The notes under the pieces were generated by a model. That model was not told the DNA's origin. It made no database searches and saw nothing but the letters and a program-made list of their open reading frames with translations. From assembly GCA_035765855.1 (NCBI GenBank), contig DASTWM010000095.1, positions 1 to 38,973 on the forward strand: DNA of 38,973 nt. The letters are read 5' to 3'. Shown here in pieces: positions 37,246 through 38,973 of the stretch. Source of the DNA: Roseiflexaceae bacterium (GTDB lineage: Bacteria; Chloroflexota; Chloroflexia; Chloroflexales; Roseiflexaceae). Positions within the stretch are counted from its first letter, which is position 1. The number at the start of each line of letters is the position of its first letter. The translations under genes and the position numbers were made by a program.

Positions 37246-38760
37246 TTACTTGACGTTGTACCCGCCCAGCGACACGACCGTGAACGAAAGCGGCGGCAGT
37301 TGTACCGTCAGTGTGCCGTCCTGGATTTTAAGATCGTTCAACTGCTCTGGCACAATCGTGTTGGGATTCTCGAAGGTGTTCGTCGCCTTGGGGTCGGTGC
37401 CGGACAATTGCGAGGCCGACAGCACCTTGCCGGGTGCCGCGCCCTGCCATGTCACATCGGTGGTCAGCGTCTCGGTCTGGCTGCGGTTGACGATGAACAC
37501 TGCGCCCTGGTCGTTGGCTGCGTCATAGCTGGCCGACACATCCAGCAGCGGCATGGAGCCGAACTGCGCGGTGTCATATTCCGGCGCAGCGACCAGCGGC
37601 TCCAGCGCCTGGCCCGCGGCGTTGTTGCTGAACATGACGAACGGATAAAACGTCGTCTGGCGCAACAGGCTGTCGCGCGTGGTCGTCAGCGGCGAAATGA
37701 CGTTGACGATCTGCGCCAGACAGGCGATGTGCAGAATGTCGCAGCGGCGCAGGAACACGCTCATCCACTGCGCGACGACCAGCGCATCCTCAAGGTTGTA
37801 GAGTTCTTCGCTGAGGTGCGGCGCTTCTGTCCAGCCGCCGCGACCCGAGCGATCCTTGTACCACACGTTCCACTCGTCCCATGCGAGGAATACATCGTGT
37901 TTGGAGCGGCGCTTGGCCTTGACGTAGCGCAGCATGCCGCCCAGTGTGTCGAGGTGCGACTCGAACTGCGCGGCTTGCGCCAGGTAGCTGTTGGTATCGT
38001 TCTCGTAGTTGGTAGCGTAATAATGGAGCGACAGGTAATCGACATGCTCCCAGCATGTTTCCATCACGATGCGGTCCCACTCCGGGTAGGTTGGCATGTC
38101 CGTATTCGACGAGCCACATGCGATCAACTTGAGATCCGAATCTTGCCAGCGCATGACTTTGGCGGTCTCGCGCGCCTTGCGGGCATATTCGTCGGCCTCA
38201 AGGTGGCCGATCTGCCATGGGCCGTCCATTTCGTTGCCAACGCACCAATACTTTACATTGTGCGGCTCGCGGTAGCCGTGCGCCACGCGCATGTCGGCGT
38301 ATTTGGTACCAGCCGGGGCGTTGCAGTATTCTACCAGCGCCGCCGCATCAGCGATCGAGCCGGTGCCAAGATTCGTGCCGAGCATCGGGATCATGTTGAG
38401 CGCACGGCAGTATTCGATGAATTCATTCGTGCCGAACTGATTGGTTTCAATCGATTGCCATGCCATTTCGCGGCGGCGCGGGCGCTGATCTTTCGGGCCG
38501 ACGCCGTCGAGCCAATCGTACCCGCTCAGCATGTTGCCGCCGGGGTAGCGCAGCGTGCTGATCCGCATCTGGCGGAGCGCGTCCATGACATCGCGCCGAA
38601 AGCCGCGCTCGTCGGCCTGCGGCGAGGCCGGATCGTAGATACCTTCGTAGACACAGCGGCCCATGTGCTCGGCGAAGCCACCGAACAGCAGGGGTGAGAT
38701 GGTTCCGACGATGCGCTCGTTATCGAGCGTGATACGGGCCGTTGGCGAGCTGTTGCTCAT
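37246..38760 (-). CDS. GH51 alpha-L-arabinofuranosidase (paralog 3, more divergent)
   Basis: It has [23 protein letters not shown] and [16 protein letters not shown]. An AGAGGTG Shine-Dalgarno lies upstream. Confidence 0.9.
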   Translation of the reverse strand: MSNSSPTARITLDNERIVGTISPLLFGGFAEHMGRCVYEGIYDPASPQADERGFRRDVMDALRQMRISTLRYPGGNMLSGYDWLDGVGPKDQRPRRREMAWQSIETNQFGTNEFIEYCRALNMIPMLGTNLGTGSIADAAALVEYCNAPAGTKYADMRVAHGYREPHNVKYWCVGNEMDGPWQIGHLEADEYARKARETAKVMRWQDSDLKLIACGSSNTDMPTYPEWDRIVMETCWEHVDYLSLHYYATNYENDTNSYLAQAAQFESHLDTLGGMLRYVKAKRRSKHDVFLAWDEWNVWYKDRSGRGGWTEAPHLSEELYNLEDALVVAQWMSVFLRRCDILHIACLAQIVNVISPLTTTRDSLLRQTTFYPFVMFSNNAAGQALEPLVAAPEYDTAQFGSMPLLDVSASYDAANDQGAVFIVNRSQTETLTTDVTWQGAAPGKVLSASQLSGTDPKATNTFENPNTIVPEQLNDLKIQDGTLTVQLPPLSFTVVSLGGYNVK

Positions 38761-38973
38761 AATTACACCTCTATCAAGAGAACGGACAAACGATTACTTT
38801 CACGAAAAGGCCAAACGGTTGAATGCCACGTGCTTCAACAACACGTTGCAAACACCTACATTTGAGCACAGCAAGGCATGGGACCAAGATCATGAAGCTC
38901 GATCCCCTGTTTCTCCTGCATGTATGTAAACGGCTCAGACGCGCCGTTAGTAGCAAGGCTCAGAATAAACTAC

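Noticed and set aside
37300-38697. 465-aa plus-strand ORF antisense to GH51 paralog 3, and similar ORFs 35557..36549 and 34530..35399
   Set aside because: They are antisense to well-supported GH51 genes and have no motifs.

Overview
This is a high-GC (~60%) bacterial chromosomal segment. I cannot fix the taxon from sequence alone. SPII lipoboxes, a TAT-lipoprotein substrate-binding protein, a class-I xylose isomerase and an IS5-type transposase would fit a Chloroflexota-like or other high-GC lineage. I found no rRNA, tRNA or CRISPR array.

Gene content, left to right:
- A window-truncated, frameshift-decayed IS5-family insertion sequence (<1..776, minus strand) sits 10 bp after the stop of a 677-aa flotillin/SPFH gene (786..2819, minus).
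- An AT-rich 400-bp island follows, then a xylose-isomerase-like TIM-barrel sugar-phosphate isomerase (minus). It is divergent from a LacI-family regulator and a 5-gene Opp/Dpp-type ABC importer: a TAT-lipoprotein family-5 substrate-binding protein, two permeases and two ATPases. This importer is probably an oligosaccharide transporter.
- The most unusual part is a divergent module at 11.8-18.2 kb. Two translationally coupled ABC ATPases lie on the minus strand, the first fused to a C-terminal AbrB/SpoVT/MazE-like domain. They face a plus-strand operon: a PQQ-sugar-dehydrogenase (GSDH/YliI)-like beta-propeller lipoprotein whose stop overlaps the start of a 955-aa double-FtsX (MacB-type) permease.
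- Next come an extended-SDR gene and a ManD/RspA-family dehydratase (plus), then a cytoplasmic PAS-GAF histidine kinase and a REC-only response regulator (minus).
- A 16-kb same-strand (minus) block follows: aldo-keto reductase, MFS transporter, galM, araA, araD, araB, class-I xylA, two GH43 lipoproteins and three tandem GH51 alpha-L-arabinofuranosidases. This is an arabinan/arabinoxylan utilisation locus.

Non-coding features seen directly:
- A pair of ~60-bp nested-hairpin G/C-rich repeats flank araA in inverted orientation.
- Several long perfect palindromes lie in glycosidase intergenic spacers.
- A stable hairpin follows the substrate-binding-protein gene.
- Consensus sigma70-like promoters sit upstream of the LacI gene and in the divergent ABC/lipoprotein region.

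Many long antisense ORFs in the six-frame track are GC3 artefacts.
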